Assembly (NCBI GenBank): GCA_963768805.1
Contig: CAVYJI010000008.1
Location: forward strand, 131,885 to 195,884
Reading direction: 5' to 3'
From: an uncultured Bacteroidales bacterium
Lineage (GTDB): Bacteria; Bacteroidota; Bacteroidia; Bacteroidales; FEN-979
DNA length: 64,000 nt
Both the position numbers and the translations under genes were made by a program. The notes under the pieces were generated by a model, which was not told where the DNA came from, made no database searches, and saw only the letters and a program-made list of their open reading frames with translations. Positions 8,459-17,401 of the stretch are shown here, piece after piece (the first letter of the stretch is position 1; each line of letters opens with the position of its first letter).

Positions 8459-9145
8459 TCAATCCTTAACACACCTTATGCTGCAACCGCTAGTAGAAAC
8501 GAAGAGGTAACGGAGTACTCCATTTTCGCTGGACAGGCAACGTACCGGACTGCCAAAATTGTTACCAGATGCCGACCACCAGTAACCAAAAAGACCAATG
8601 GAGGATTCAAATTGGGAAAGATAGAAGCGGTAGCCACCTGGCAGAGCCGTAAATCCACTACTGTTAGTTACATCTGAATTATTATGAATCCAATGGGTTG
8701 TGCCTTTTTCTTTCATCTTTGCGCCAGCTATAGAATCCCCGCCCAGGTAAAGGATCAGCAATGACCATTCGTCATCGGTTGGTACATGCCAGCCAACAGG
8801 ACAAATATTCCTTTTGTCGGAAATGACTGCCCAGTTGTACAAGTGTCCGTAATCAACCCCATTCCTTGAGAAGTTGCCATAATCACAGTAGGCCCCCGAG
8901 ACAAGACTTAACCATGAGGAGCTGTCAGCAACATATTGAACAGGATCCCCGTTCCTGTAATGGGTTACCTTAAGGTTCTCAACAGTCCAGGTCTGTGTGC
9001 CGATCAATACCGTGTGATAGATGTTCCCGTCTATATCCGTAACTGTTGCTGAAGTGTTATTGCTATTGTCGCTTTTTTTCTTGCAACAAACAGTCATCGT
9101 CACTATAATGGCCAGAAATGAAAGAAAGACAATTTTCGTTCTCAT
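8459..9145 (-). CDS. FISUMP (Fibrobacter succinogenes major paralogous) domain lipoprotein
   Basis: Lipoprotein signal ending in CC. Motifs DIDGN.Y..V.IG.Q.W..ENL, YG.LYNW, CP.GWH.P...EW, GF.ALPGG.R and YWWS. Confidence 0.85.
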   Translation of the reverse strand: MRTKIVFLSFLAIIVTMTVCCKKKSDNSNNTSATVTDIDGNIYHTVLIGTQTWTVENLKVTHYRNGDPVQYVADSSSWLSLVSGAYCDYGNFSRNGVDYGHLYNWAVISDKRNICPVGWHVPTDDEWSLLILYLGGDSIAGAKMKEKGTTHWIHNNSDVTNSSGFTALPGGYRFYLSQFESSIGLFGYWWSASGNNFGSPVRCLSSENGVLRYLFVSTSGCSIRCVKD

Positions 9146-9301
9146 AGGGTTTGAATTAGATTAATATCCTTTTAGACTTATTTTCCTGATTTAACCCGCC
9201 AGTTCACCAGTTCATTATGATGGATTGTTCAACTAACAAATTTTTATTCACTACGTTCAAAAAATTTGAGTCTCACGAATCACGGGTATAATACCCTCCG
9301 T

Positions 9302-9502
9302 CAATGAATTATCTTTCTCGGGCTAAAGCCCGTAATTATCAGGTTCTCAATACCCCCCAGGCTAAAGCCTGGGGTAATTTATGTGTTTCATTTAAGGTAT
9401 GAATTATTACGATGAATCTAAAAAATCAGTCAGAAGATCGTCAATCCTTAACACACCTTATGCTGCAACCGCAATTAGAAACGAAGAGAAAACGGAGTAC
9501 TC
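9302..9502 (+). repeat. Extra Element B unit plus a duplicated 3-prime end of a FISUMP gene (gene relic)
   Basis: 9347-9500 parallels 8365-8520, including the last ~20 codons. The minus strand reads ..GRVLRFLFVSNCGCSIRCVKD*, versus ..NGVLRYLFVSTSGCSIRCVKD* in the intact gene. No gene body is attached. Confidence 0.85.
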
Positions 9503-9564
9503 TACCAGACTGGTAAAACCGTAATCACCTTCATCATCCTCATTGTAGGCTGAGTTCCCGGATT

Positions 9565-10554
9565 TTACGATAAAATGTCCGAAATGCGTTTTATCTCGTC
9601 CTCAGAAAACTCTAACCCGTTAATTGCGCGGTAATTTTCTTTGAGCTGTTCCAATGTGCTTGCACCAAACAAAACAGAGGTGACCCTTTTATCCTTTAAC
9701 AACCAGGCTATTGACATTTGAGCTAATGTTTGACTTCGTTCACCGGCAACCTGTTTTAATTGCCTGAGTTTTATAACAAGATCTTCCGACAAGGCATCTT
9801 TCCTGAGGGTGCCATAATTCTTTGCAATTCTTGAGTTTGCAGGAACAACCCCCTGAATATATTTTTCTGTGAGCAAGCCCTGTGCCAGGGGTGAAAAAGC
9901 TATCAATCCAATCCCCATACTTTCTATTGTATCCAAAAGGTCCTTCTCAACCCAACGGTCAAGCATTGAATACCTTGCCTGGTGAATCAGGCATGGCGTC
10001 TTCAGGGACTTCAAAATCCCGGCTGCTCTTTTAGTATAATCATGATCATAGTTTGAAATACCGGCATAAAGCGCCTTGCCCTGCTGAACTATAAATGCAA
10101 GTGCTGACATGGTTTCTTCCAATGGGGTATCGAAGTCCGGGCGATGAGAATAGAAAATATCAACATAATCCAGTTTCATCCGTTTTAAGCTCTGGTCTAA
10201 ACTGGATACTAAATATTTACGCGATCCAAACTCACCATAAGGCCCATCCCACATTCTATAGCCGGCTTTTGTCGAGATGATCAGCTCATCGCGATAGGAT
10301 TTCAGATCCTTTTGTAATATTTTTCCAAATGTTTCTTCAGCTGTTCCGGGTTCAGGTCCATAATTGTTAGCCAGGTCAAAATGTGTAATACCCAGATCAA
10401 AAGCCCTGTGTATCATCTTTCGCGAATCCTCAAAATCATCAAGACTGCCAAAATTTTGCCATAAACCTAATGACACAATTGGCAGAAGTATCCCGCTATT
10501 ACCACAACGCCTGTATTTCATTCTGTTATACCGATGTTTATCTGCTATAACCAT
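9565..10554 (-). CDS. gpr: Aldo/keto reductase, L-glyceraldehyde-3-phosphate reductase (YghZ/Gpr)-like
   Basis: 329 aa, collinear with my recollection of E. coli YghZ: RY..M.YR.CG.SG..LP..SLGLW.NFG, GITHFDLANNYGP.PG.AEE.FG, DELIISTKAGY.MW.GPYG..GSRKYL..SLDQSLKRM.L.YVDIFYSHR. Confidence 0.85.
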   Translation of the reverse strand: MVIADKHRYNRMKYRRCGNSGILLPIVSLGLWQNFGSLDDFEDSRKMIHRAFDLGITHFDLANNYGPEPGTAEETFGKILQKDLKSYRDELIISTKAGYRMWDGPYGEFGSRKYLVSSLDQSLKRMKLDYVDIFYSHRPDFDTPLEETMSALAFIVQQGKALYAGISNYDHDYTKRAAGILKSLKTPCLIHQARYSMLDRWVEKDLLDTIESMGIGLIAFSPLAQGLLTEKYIQGVVPANSRIAKNYGTLRKDALSEDLVIKLRQLKQVAGERSQTLAQMSIAWLLKDKRVTSVLFGASTLEQLKENYRAINGLEFSEDEIKRISDILS

Positions 10555-10638
10555 GTAAACTTCTCATATATTGTTCCCTCAAATATAATGATAAATTACA
10601 AAAACCCTTACTAACACATAATTGATAAGGGTTTTTCA

Positions 10639-10689
10639 AGCGGTGGGGCGCCCGACCGGTACAGGGTGATCAGAAGTTCCGGTAATTCC
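10639..10689 (+). repeat. Element A right-half fragment
   Basis: GCGGTGGGGCGCCCGACCGGTACAGGGTGATCAGAAGTTCCGGTAATTCC. Confidence 0.7.
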
Positions 10690-10691
10690 AA

Positions 10692-11165
10692 TCAGTGCCC
10701 CGCTACAGGGACATTTTCAAATGTTCCTGCCGTGACATTGTATACTATAGTTCCATTAACAGTATTCATAAATGAGAATGTTCCCGAGATCAGCTTATTG
10801 GAAGAATCGTAACCGGTCACAATAACAGATCCTGTAGCGTTAAGGGAATTACCTGTGTCGAATGAAACCGAGCCAATGGTACCGGATCCGGAAGCTTCAC
10901 CCATGTCAATGGTGTAGGTTCCTTTTCCAGTTCCTATGTAACTTAGCTCGAGGTTATCGGAAGTGCCTGATTTAATTGCGACTATCGTCGTAGTGTTGGT
11001 GGATGAAGTAAAGGCAGCCGAAATTGTTGTCGCGTTCCAGCTGGTTCCATTTAATTTCATGGATAAAGAGGCAGCTGGAACTGAACTACCGGAGGAATCC
11101 TTTTTACAGTTGAAAGAGGATACCATCATCGCAATGAGCAATGCAAGGGTAGCAATTTTTTTCAT
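10692..11165 (-). CDS. Hypothetical lipoprotein
   Basis: Start moved to MKKIATLALLIAMMVSSFNCKKD (lipobox). Ser/Thr/Gly-rich beta-type sequence with no recognisable family. Confidence 0.6.
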   Translation of the reverse strand: MKKIATLALLIAMMVSSFNCKKDSSGSSVPAASLSMKLNGTSWNATTISAAFTSSTNTTTIVAIKSGTSDNLELSYIGTGKGTYTIDMGEASGSGTIGSVSFDTGNSLNATGSVIVTGYDSSNKLISGTFSFMNTVNGTIVYNVTAGTFENVPVAGH

Positions 11166-11299
11166 AGGAAGTTTATTAAAGAAGTTATCGAAGAGGTTAA
11201 TTATATGTAACAAATATATGAAAGTATTTTTACCAAGTCACAAATGTCCAAAATAAATTTCACTTCTCATAATTGCCTTTGAGGACCAGTTATATAGGT

Positions 11300-11719
11300 G
11301 AACAAAACGATTAAAATGACCACTCCTGGCCACTGGAAGAAGATTATCTTGAATGAGTTATTATCACTGCTAAATCTTTTTTTGAGGTGCCGGAGCGAAA
11401 AGATAATTTAGGATTTCCGATTGTGTCTTTCGATTAGTGATTCAAACGAATTATGAATTACGCCAGATTTTAGGCTGGGGTAAGGAAACTAAAAAAATAT
11501 TGAAATTCAGTCCAGAAGAATAATACTTTTGGACTAAAGTCCAATTTGATATGCACATTTATACCCCTGCGCTAAAGCACAGGGTAATTCATTTTTGTCC
11601 TGGCACAAAAAAATAAGATTTAGTATTAATTCCAGCACCTCAAAAAAAGATTTAGCTATTATCAGACTTACGGTTGGGAAGTCCAACCGGCACAGGGCGG
11701 TGAGGAGTTCCGGTTTTTC
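11300..11719 (+). repeat. Element A copy split by a nested insertion (left part 11300-11366, right part 11657-11719)
   Basis: Left part: GAACAAAACGATTAAAATGACCAC...GAATGAGTTATTATCA. Right part: TATTATCAGACTTACGGTTGGGAAGTCCAACCGGCACAGGG..GTTCCGGTTTTTC. Joined, they reconstruct an intact element. Confidence 0.85.
11367..11656. mobile_element. Non-autonomous MITE-like insertion (~290 bp) carrying Element B-type hairpins
   Basis: Perfect 22-bp terminal inverted repeats: GCTAAATCTTTTTTTGAGGTGC (11369-11390) and GCACCTCAAAAAAAGATTTAGC (11635-11656). Flanked by the duplication TATTATCA (11359-11366 and 11657-11664). No ORF inside. Confidence 0.8.
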
Positions 11720-11743
11720 AGGTAAGACGATGTAATCTTATTA

Positions 11744-12499
11744 TTACCGTTCAAAGAAGCGTTCCAGTTTTCTGATATTAAGCACAGGGATCCTGAAGGT
11801 ATATTCCTGATTGTTCTTTATAAGATAAGCGAGTCTTTTTTTTCTGCTAACCTTGGTGAGATAGGCTATATTGATCAGGGTGGAACGGTTGATCCTAAAA
11901 AAATCACCCCGGGGTAAAATTTCCTCCAATGCACCAATGTTGGTGGTAACAAGTTCATGGCTGTCACCATCATAATGAATTTCAGAATAATTCCAATCTG
12001 CCAGAATATACAGGATATCAGCGGGATTAACCAGGGTGAAGCCACCGGTAGTACTAAATTTAATTTTTCCTTTATTTACGGCCCGTTCAAAAAGACGCCT
12101 GATTTGTTCTTCCCTGTTATATTGGAGATTATTCTTTTTTGATAACCTTTCCAATGCGGAAGTGAGTTCAGAAGGTTTGACAGGTTTGACAAGGTAGTCA
12201 AATGCGGCGTAACGGATAGCTTCAATAGCATACCGGTCAAAAGCAGTCGCAAAAATAATTTCCGGTTTACAATCATCCCTGTATATTTCATCAACAATTT
12301 CAAAGCCTGATTTACCGGGCATTTGAATATCAAGAAAAAGCAGATCAGGGGCTAAATCACGGATTATATTCACAGCTTTCAGCGCATCAGATTCAACAGC
12401 TACAATCCTGACCTGGGGATGAGCCTTAAGCAGTTCTTCTAAATTCTTTATTGCCGGGAGCTCGTCATCAATAATGATAGTGCGAAAGATATTTGCCAT
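11744..12499 (-). CDS. LytTR-family response regulator
   Basis: 251 aa. Receiver domain (IIIDDE..., DLLFLDIQMPG..G), then a LytTR DNA-binding domain (..F.R.NRS.LIN...). 5 nt downstream of the kinase gene. Confidence 0.9.
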   Translation of the reverse strand: MANIFRTIIIDDELPAIKNLEELLKAHPQVRIVAVESDALKAVNIIRDLAPDLLFLDIQMPGKSGFEIVDEIYRDDCKPEIIFATAFDRYAIEAIRYAAFDYLVKPVKPSELTSALERLSKKNNLQYNREEQIRRLFERAVNKGKIKFSTTGGFTLVNPADILYILADWNYSEIHYDGDSHELVTTNIGALEEILPRGDFFRINRSTLINIAYLTKVSRKKRLAYLIKNNQEYTFRIPVLNIRKLERFFER

Positions 12500-12504
12500 T
12501 GAAT

Positions 12505-14610
12505 TTAACTGATTTTAATTCTTACTATAACTTTAGTTCCAGAAGGATTTCCATCAAGGCCAAGTAAATCATGAATTTCTGTTTCAACTTTTGTTCCTGT
12601 CGTCTTTTGGAAAAGATCAAGGAATTCTCCCATCACCTTCATGCCTTTTCCTGTTGATTTGTTCTCAATTTCAGAAGCTTTTATGCGTCCAATGCCATCA
12701 TCAATGACTTCCAGAACAAGGTCATTGTCATTTACAAGCGCATTGATCTGCAGATGACCCTGGCCAGGCAAGTTGAGCAGACCATGTTTGACAGCATTCT
12801 CTACCGGTGACTGTATGACCATTTTAGGAACCTCCCAGGAAAGATCAACATCCGGATTAACAATAATGTCAAAGGTGAATTTATCTTTATAACGGAATTG
12901 CTCCATTATAAGATAGTTGCGTGTAAATTCGATCTCTTCGGACAAAGAGCATTTAATCTTATCAGCAGTAAGTACAAGATGACGGTACATGTCGGAAAAA
13001 TGCAACAAATGCTGTGATGCCTGTTCCTTATCATTCTGGTTTATCGATGCAATTACTGAATTTACCGCATTCATCGTAAAATGAGGATCCATCTGGTTGC
13101 GGACAATTTTAAGCTGGAGCTCGGTAATTTTTTTCTCTGTCCTCGTTTGCCTTTCAAACTGGATCTTCTGAATCCTGCGTATCAACAAGACAAACAAATA
13201 TACCGTGATGAATATGCCAATGTATATGCCCCATTGAGCATAGTAATAAGGGTTGATACTGTATGAAAACAAGTACTCTTTATTGTGGCTATATAAGACT
13301 AATTCGGGGGGGTGGTTTGGTTCAACCTTAAGGGATAAAACCCGGAAACCCCAATCCTGAGCAGGCAGCCTGATTGAAGCAGGATGGCTAAAATCAGACC
13401 GGGAAATTGTAAGAAGTGATTTGTCCTGGTCTATACTGGTCATCTCTTTCTGACCATCATTATCAATGTCGAGTGTGTCAAAGGAGCCAATGAAATCAGC
13501 TTTGGAATTCAACCTTTTTATTTCATTGAAAGCGGTGTCAAAAAAATAAACAGCTCCCTTTAATGTTGACAAGCCAAGTTGTGCATTTTTTATTCCCGAG
13601 CTTGCAAAAAAATTACCTGCCTGGTTGAGATTCAAACCCTCTACCGAATCCATTTTGAGGAGTTTACCTTTCGTGTTTAAATGAAAAAGTTGAAGACATT
13701 TTCCCGATGAATCAGGCGGATAATAACATGAAAAAAGATCAAAAGTTTTTTTCCGGCCAGGGAGCCAAATAGTCGATAAGGAGCTATATCCATAATACGG
13801 GAATTTCACCGGAGGAAAGAGATAATGAAGATTATGATCAAGAACTATCAACCAGCAACATAGATCATGAATTTTAAATTTCGTTGTATCGATTACATTC
13901 TGAGAAGCATAGCCATTAACGATAATCTCTTTAAATCCATCCCCGTTCAGATCTTTTACCTGCAGATTGCTTATAAAATATCCATTTACCGGTGACACTA
14001 TAAGATTATCATTATGAATATCATAGATATAAACATTACGAGGCTCGACAGAAAACCCGGAACAAACAGCAAAAACAAAATCTTTATAACCATCATTATT
14101 CATATCATGAAAGCCACCATTAACAATACAAATATTTGGCTTCCCATTAAAGGGCCTGAAGGTCGTAATAAACCTCCTGGAAAGAAAAGGAGACCTGCTA
14201 TAGAAATCGGAAACAATATTTAAAAACACCGAATCGGAAGAGATTGTAAAAACATAGACCTCCTTTTTACCATTATTATCAAAGTCGCCAGTCTGAATAA
14301 AATCACGCGTAGTAAAAGAAAATGAGCCGTTGAAGTCCCATTCATTATAATAGAGGTGAGGATTCAAATGAACAAATAAAGCGGCTACTCCATTCGCCCC
14401 GGCGTAGTCTTCAACTCTTATTTCATCGCTATAACCATTGGCATCAAGATCGTCATAAAAAAAAACAGGACAATGGGCATGGTAATGCTCATCATCCTGG
14501 TGAATGGTATATTTTGTTGCTTTAGCAACAAAAAGGAAGATTATTAATATACTGACTAATAATGAGATGAAAATTGGATGGAGGGCAATGAACAGGATCT
14601 TTTTTTTCAT
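12505..14610 (-). CDS. LytS/YehU-type sensor histidine kinase with a large FG-GAP/VCBS-like extracytoplasmic domain
   Basis: 701 aa. N-terminal TM, then five D-x-N/D-x-D-G-x-x-E/D calcium-loop-like motifs (DANGYSDE, DFDNNGKKE, DMNNDGYKD, DLNGDGFKE, DIDNDGQKE). Then a second TM, the His_kinase motif NQMDPHFTMNAVNSV, and an HATPase tail. Confidence 0.85.
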   Translation of the reverse strand: MKKKILFIALHPIFISLLVSILIIFLFVAKATKYTIHQDDEHYHAHCPVFFYDDLDANGYSDEIRVEDYAGANGVAALFVHLNPHLYYNEWDFNGSFSFTTRDFIQTGDFDNNGKKEVYVFTISSDSVFLNIVSDFYSRSPFLSRRFITTFRPFNGKPNICIVNGGFHDMNNDGYKDFVFAVCSGFSVEPRNVYIYDIHNDNLIVSPVNGYFISNLQVKDLNGDGFKEIIVNGYASQNVIDTTKFKIHDLCCWLIVLDHNLHYLFPPVKFPYYGYSSLSTIWLPGRKKTFDLFSCYYPPDSSGKCLQLFHLNTKGKLLKMDSVEGLNLNQAGNFFASSGIKNAQLGLSTLKGAVYFFDTAFNEIKRLNSKADFIGSFDTLDIDNDGQKEMTSIDQDKSLLTISRSDFSHPASIRLPAQDWGFRVLSLKVEPNHPPELVLYSHNKEYLFSYSINPYYYAQWGIYIGIFITVYLFVLLIRRIQKIQFERQTRTEKKITELQLKIVRNQMDPHFTMNAVNSVIASINQNDKEQASQHLLHFSDMYRHLVLTADKIKCSLSEEIEFTRNYLIMEQFRYKDKFTFDIIVNPDVDLSWEVPKMVIQSPVENAVKHGLLNLPGQGHLQINALVNDNDLVLEVIDDGIGRIKASEIENKSTGKGMKVMGEFLDLFQKTTGTKVETEIHDLLGLDGNPSGTKVIVRIKIS

Positions 14611-14771
14611 TAGTCAGCCAATAAATATCAATTGGAGTTCAAAAATAACAAGGTTCATTTGAATACAATGCATTTCCTAAAAAAAACGGAGGCCTTAAAC
14701 AAACAGAATGACGAAACAGCATAGATAGAGATGATTCATGGTAATTTTCGGAAAAATTAAATATAAAAACT

Positions 14772-15752
14772 ATGAAAACAAAAATCATTTCAATGGTATT
14801 TATTACCATCGTTCTATTACTGACTGGTTGTAAAAAGTCAAGTGATTCAGGGACCCCTCAGCAATCAATAACTGTTACGACACCTGCCGGAGGGGAGACA
14901 TGGTACACAGGAAGTTCATATACTATTAAATGGACCTCAACGGGAATAACTGGCAATGTCCAGATAAGATGTGATTATCCTGGAAGTTCGAATACTGTTG
15001 GTACTGTGGATATTTCATTAGGGCAACTAACTTTTGCTATTCCGACAAGTTGGCCAGCACGTAGTGACTGGCAGGTTGCTATTACTGCTTTTGGAGCAGG
15101 TCCGGGCAATACTGATATTTATACTTGGAGTAAAGCTTTTACAGTTACAAACAATCCTAACCAGTCAATAACTGTAACGACACCTGCCGGAGGTGAGACA
15201 TGGTACACAGGAAGTTCATATACTATTAAATGGACTTCAATCGGAATAACTGGCAATGTGCAGGTAAGATGTGATTATCCAGGAAGTTCGAATACTGTTG
15301 GTACTGTAAATATTTCATTAGGTCAACTCACTTTTACTATTCCGACAAGTTGGCCAGCCCGTAGTGACTGGCAGGTTGCTATTACTGCTTTTGGAGCAGG
15401 TCCGGGCCAAACTGATATTTATACCTGGAGTAATGCTTTTACAATTACAGGTCCTACTCAACAATCTATAACCATTAACACGCCTGCTGGGGGGGAAACC
15501 TGGTACAGAGGGAATTCATATACTATTAAATGGACATCAACGGGCATAACAGGCACTGTAGAGGTTAGGTGTGATTATCCAGGAAGTTCCAATGTTGTCG
15601 GAGATGTTGACATCTCTACAGGACAACTTGCTTTTACAATTCCAACAAGTTGGCCTGCCCGTAATGACTGGAAAGCTGTAGTTACCGCATACGGAGCAGG
15701 CCCGGGAGGGACTGATATTTATACCTGGAGCAATGCTTTTACAATTAATTAA
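14772..15752 (+). CDS. Lipoprotein made of three tandem 100-aa repeats
   Basis: Lipobox LLTGC, then 3 x (QSITVTTPAGGETWYTGSSYTIKWTS.GITGNVQ.RCDYPGSSN.VG.V.IS.GQL.F.IPTSWPARSDW...). DNA period is exactly 300 bp (repeat starts 14862, 15162, 15462). Confidence 0.8.
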   Translation: MKTKIISMVFITIVLLLTGCKKSSDSGTPQQSITVTTPAGGETWYTGSSYTIKWTSTGITGNVQIRCDYPGSSNTVGTVDISLGQLTFAIPTSWPARSDWQVAITAFGAGPGNTDIYTWSKAFTVTNNPNQSITVTTPAGGETWYTGSSYTIKWTSIGITGNVQVRCDYPGSSNTVGTVNISLGQLTFTIPTSWPARSDWQVAITAFGAGPGQTDIYTWSNAFTITGPTQQSITINTPAGGETWYRGNSYTIKWTSTGITGTVEVRCDYPGSSNVVGDVDISTGQLAFTIPTSWPARNDWKAVVTAYGAGPGGTDIYTWSNAFTIN

Positions 15753-15814
15753 GAAAATAATTATAATACTCCCCAGATTTAGGAAGGTGAACTTAAAGGT
15801 TTGTTTGCAAACCT

Positions 15815-15940
15815 GGACAAAACGATCAAATTGACCACCCCTGGCCGATGTAAATTGACCATCTTAAAATGAATTAGTATCAGACTTATGCAGCGGGCAC
15901 GCCCGAGCGGTATAATGTGGTTGACGGTTCCGATTTTTCC
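15815..15940 (+). repeat. Element A, full-length copy
   Basis: GGACAAAACGATCAAATTGACCACC..GGCCGATGTAAATTGACCATCTTAAAATGAATTAGTATCAGACTTATGCAGCGGGCACGCCCGAGCGG...GGTTCCGATTTTTCC. Confidence 0.9.
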
Positions 15941-16073
15941 AATATAGTTCGTAAAAAAAATAGTACTATTCCTACAGTAAAATGACTTTTTTGATGCCAT
16001 AAGGATACAGTTGTTTAGTTTAGTTGAATAATAACAAAAGAATGAATTTATTCAACAAATAAAACCTTTTCTA

Positions 16074-17291
16074 ATGAAAAAGCTTCTCTTTATTTTCTGG
16101 CTAATGTCGTTAGCAATCCTAAAAGTTAATGCTCAAACTGAATACATTGATGTAGTGTATTTAAAGAACGGCAGTGTAATACGGGGTCAGGTTCTTGAAC
16201 AAATTTCTAATCAAACTCTGAAATTACAGACAGCAGATGAAAGCATATTTGTCTTTAAAATGGAAGATGTTTTGAAAATTGTTAAAGAGAAAAAAATAAT
16301 AAAAGAACCGATAGAAAACAACCAGGCACCAATACAACAAAACCAAATCCAGGAACGTACTGTAAATCCTTCTCAATACAAAGAAAGTGTTTTAGAAAAC
16401 AATAATGATAATTCCGAATTATTATTGACTTCAACAATCAAAGGAAGAGTATATTTTGAACATAAAACAAGTCCCATTTCTAAAAATCTCATAGTAAGGA
16501 TAAACGGCATTAATCCAGGACCACATGACTTATCGTTCAAAGGAGTCAATAAATCGGAGAGTAAAACACTGGATTTCAAAGGTAATGAGGTAATGCTAAT
16601 GAAGATTCGTTCAGATACCACAAGAATTATTCAAATTAAAAATGAAAGACCACTACCAGTTAATAAACTTTCAATCGCCACAGAATATATAGATATGCAG
16701 AGAAGAGGTTTTTATAATGTCACTGAAATTGGGTTATCAGTAGGTGTAACCACAGATCAACCAACAACATACCCACATATTTCAACTATTTGTGGTTATC
16801 AATTTAATCCATACGTTAGTATTGGGCAGGGATTTTCTTATAACTGGACAACATATATGATTCAAGACGACGAAAATATTTATTTTCAATCGTCATCATT
16901 CAGAACTTTCATTGATTTAAGGTTATATTTTTTAAAGAAACGATTGGTACCATTAATGTATTTTGACGTGGGATACAAATTTTTGATGAACCCAACTAAA
17001 ACTGTAAGTTGGCCAGATGAAGATAAAAGGTTTGAATTGCAAAATCAAATATGGACAACATCAGAACAGCCGCTATTTATTTGTTCAGGGCTTGGTATTA
17101 AGTATAATATCAGTAAATATCTTTCTTGGATTATCTCTTTATCTGGCACTATGGAATTCGTAAATTATGATTATTCGTTTCAATGGGCTGATGGAAATAG
17201 TCTTGGAATGGATCCTACTGTTGTTCATACAGATAATGGTCATGGAGTTAACCCCATCACTTTAACAATAAGAACCGGTTTTGTATTTTGA
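16074..17291 (+). CDS. Hypothetical secreted protein, possibly an outer-membrane beta-barrel
   Basis: 405 aa with a signal peptide (..KVNAQ). The C-terminal half has alternating aromatic/polar strands ending in F. No family recognised. Confidence 0.55.
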   Translation: MKKLLFIFWLMSLAILKVNAQTEYIDVVYLKNGSVIRGQVLEQISNQTLKLQTADESIFVFKMEDVLKIVKEKKIIKEPIENNQAPIQQNQIQERTVNPSQYKESVLENNNDNSELLLTSTIKGRVYFEHKTSPISKNLIVRINGINPGPHDLSFKGVNKSESKTLDFKGNEVMLMKIRSDTTRIIQIKNERPLPVNKLSIATEYIDMQRRGFYNVTEIGLSVGVTTDQPTTYPHISTICGYQFNPYVSIGQGFSYNWTTYMIQDDENIYFQSSSFRTFIDLRLYFLKKRLVPLMYFDVGYKFLMNPTKTVSWPDEDKRFELQNQIWTTSEQPLFICSGLGIKYNISKYLSWIISLSGTMEFVNYDYSFQWADGNSLGMDPTVVHTDNGHGVNPITLTIRTGFVF

Positions 17292-17312
17292 ATTTGACAA
17301 TCACACTTATCT

Positions 17313-17400
17313 GGACACGCCGATGTTTATGACCATCCGGGTCGAACTAAATTGACGACCCTTATTTATTAATTGTTAAATGGTTAAGGTGGTCAATCTG
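17313..17400 (+). repeat. Diverged Element A-like copy
   Basis: GGACACGCCGATGTTTATGACCATCC..AACTAAATTGACGACC keeps the two half-sites and ends with an inverted half-site GGTGGTCAATCT. Confidence 0.5.
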
Positions 17401-17401
17401 C

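Noticed and set aside
8122-8677. ORFs 8122-8310 and 8366-8677 (+) and 8476-8658 (-).
   Set aside because: They run through the 99-bp tandem array or antisense to the FISUMP gene. Their periodic protein sequence only mirrors the DNA repeat.
8365-9502. Diversity-generating retroelement (TR/VR pair) acting on the FISUMP gene's C-terminus.
   Set aside because: The duplicated segment covers only about 60 nt of coding sequence. The differences are not adenine-specific. No reverse transcriptase gene is nearby.
442-17400. Integron-like cassette array with Element A (or the 26-bp motif at 60.8-61.9 kb) acting as attC sites.
   Set aside because: Element A is built from direct half-sites plus a short hairpin, not the R''-L''/L'-R' imperfect palindrome with RYYYAAC/GTTRRRY cores. 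Gene orientation relative to the element is mixed. No intI gene is present.
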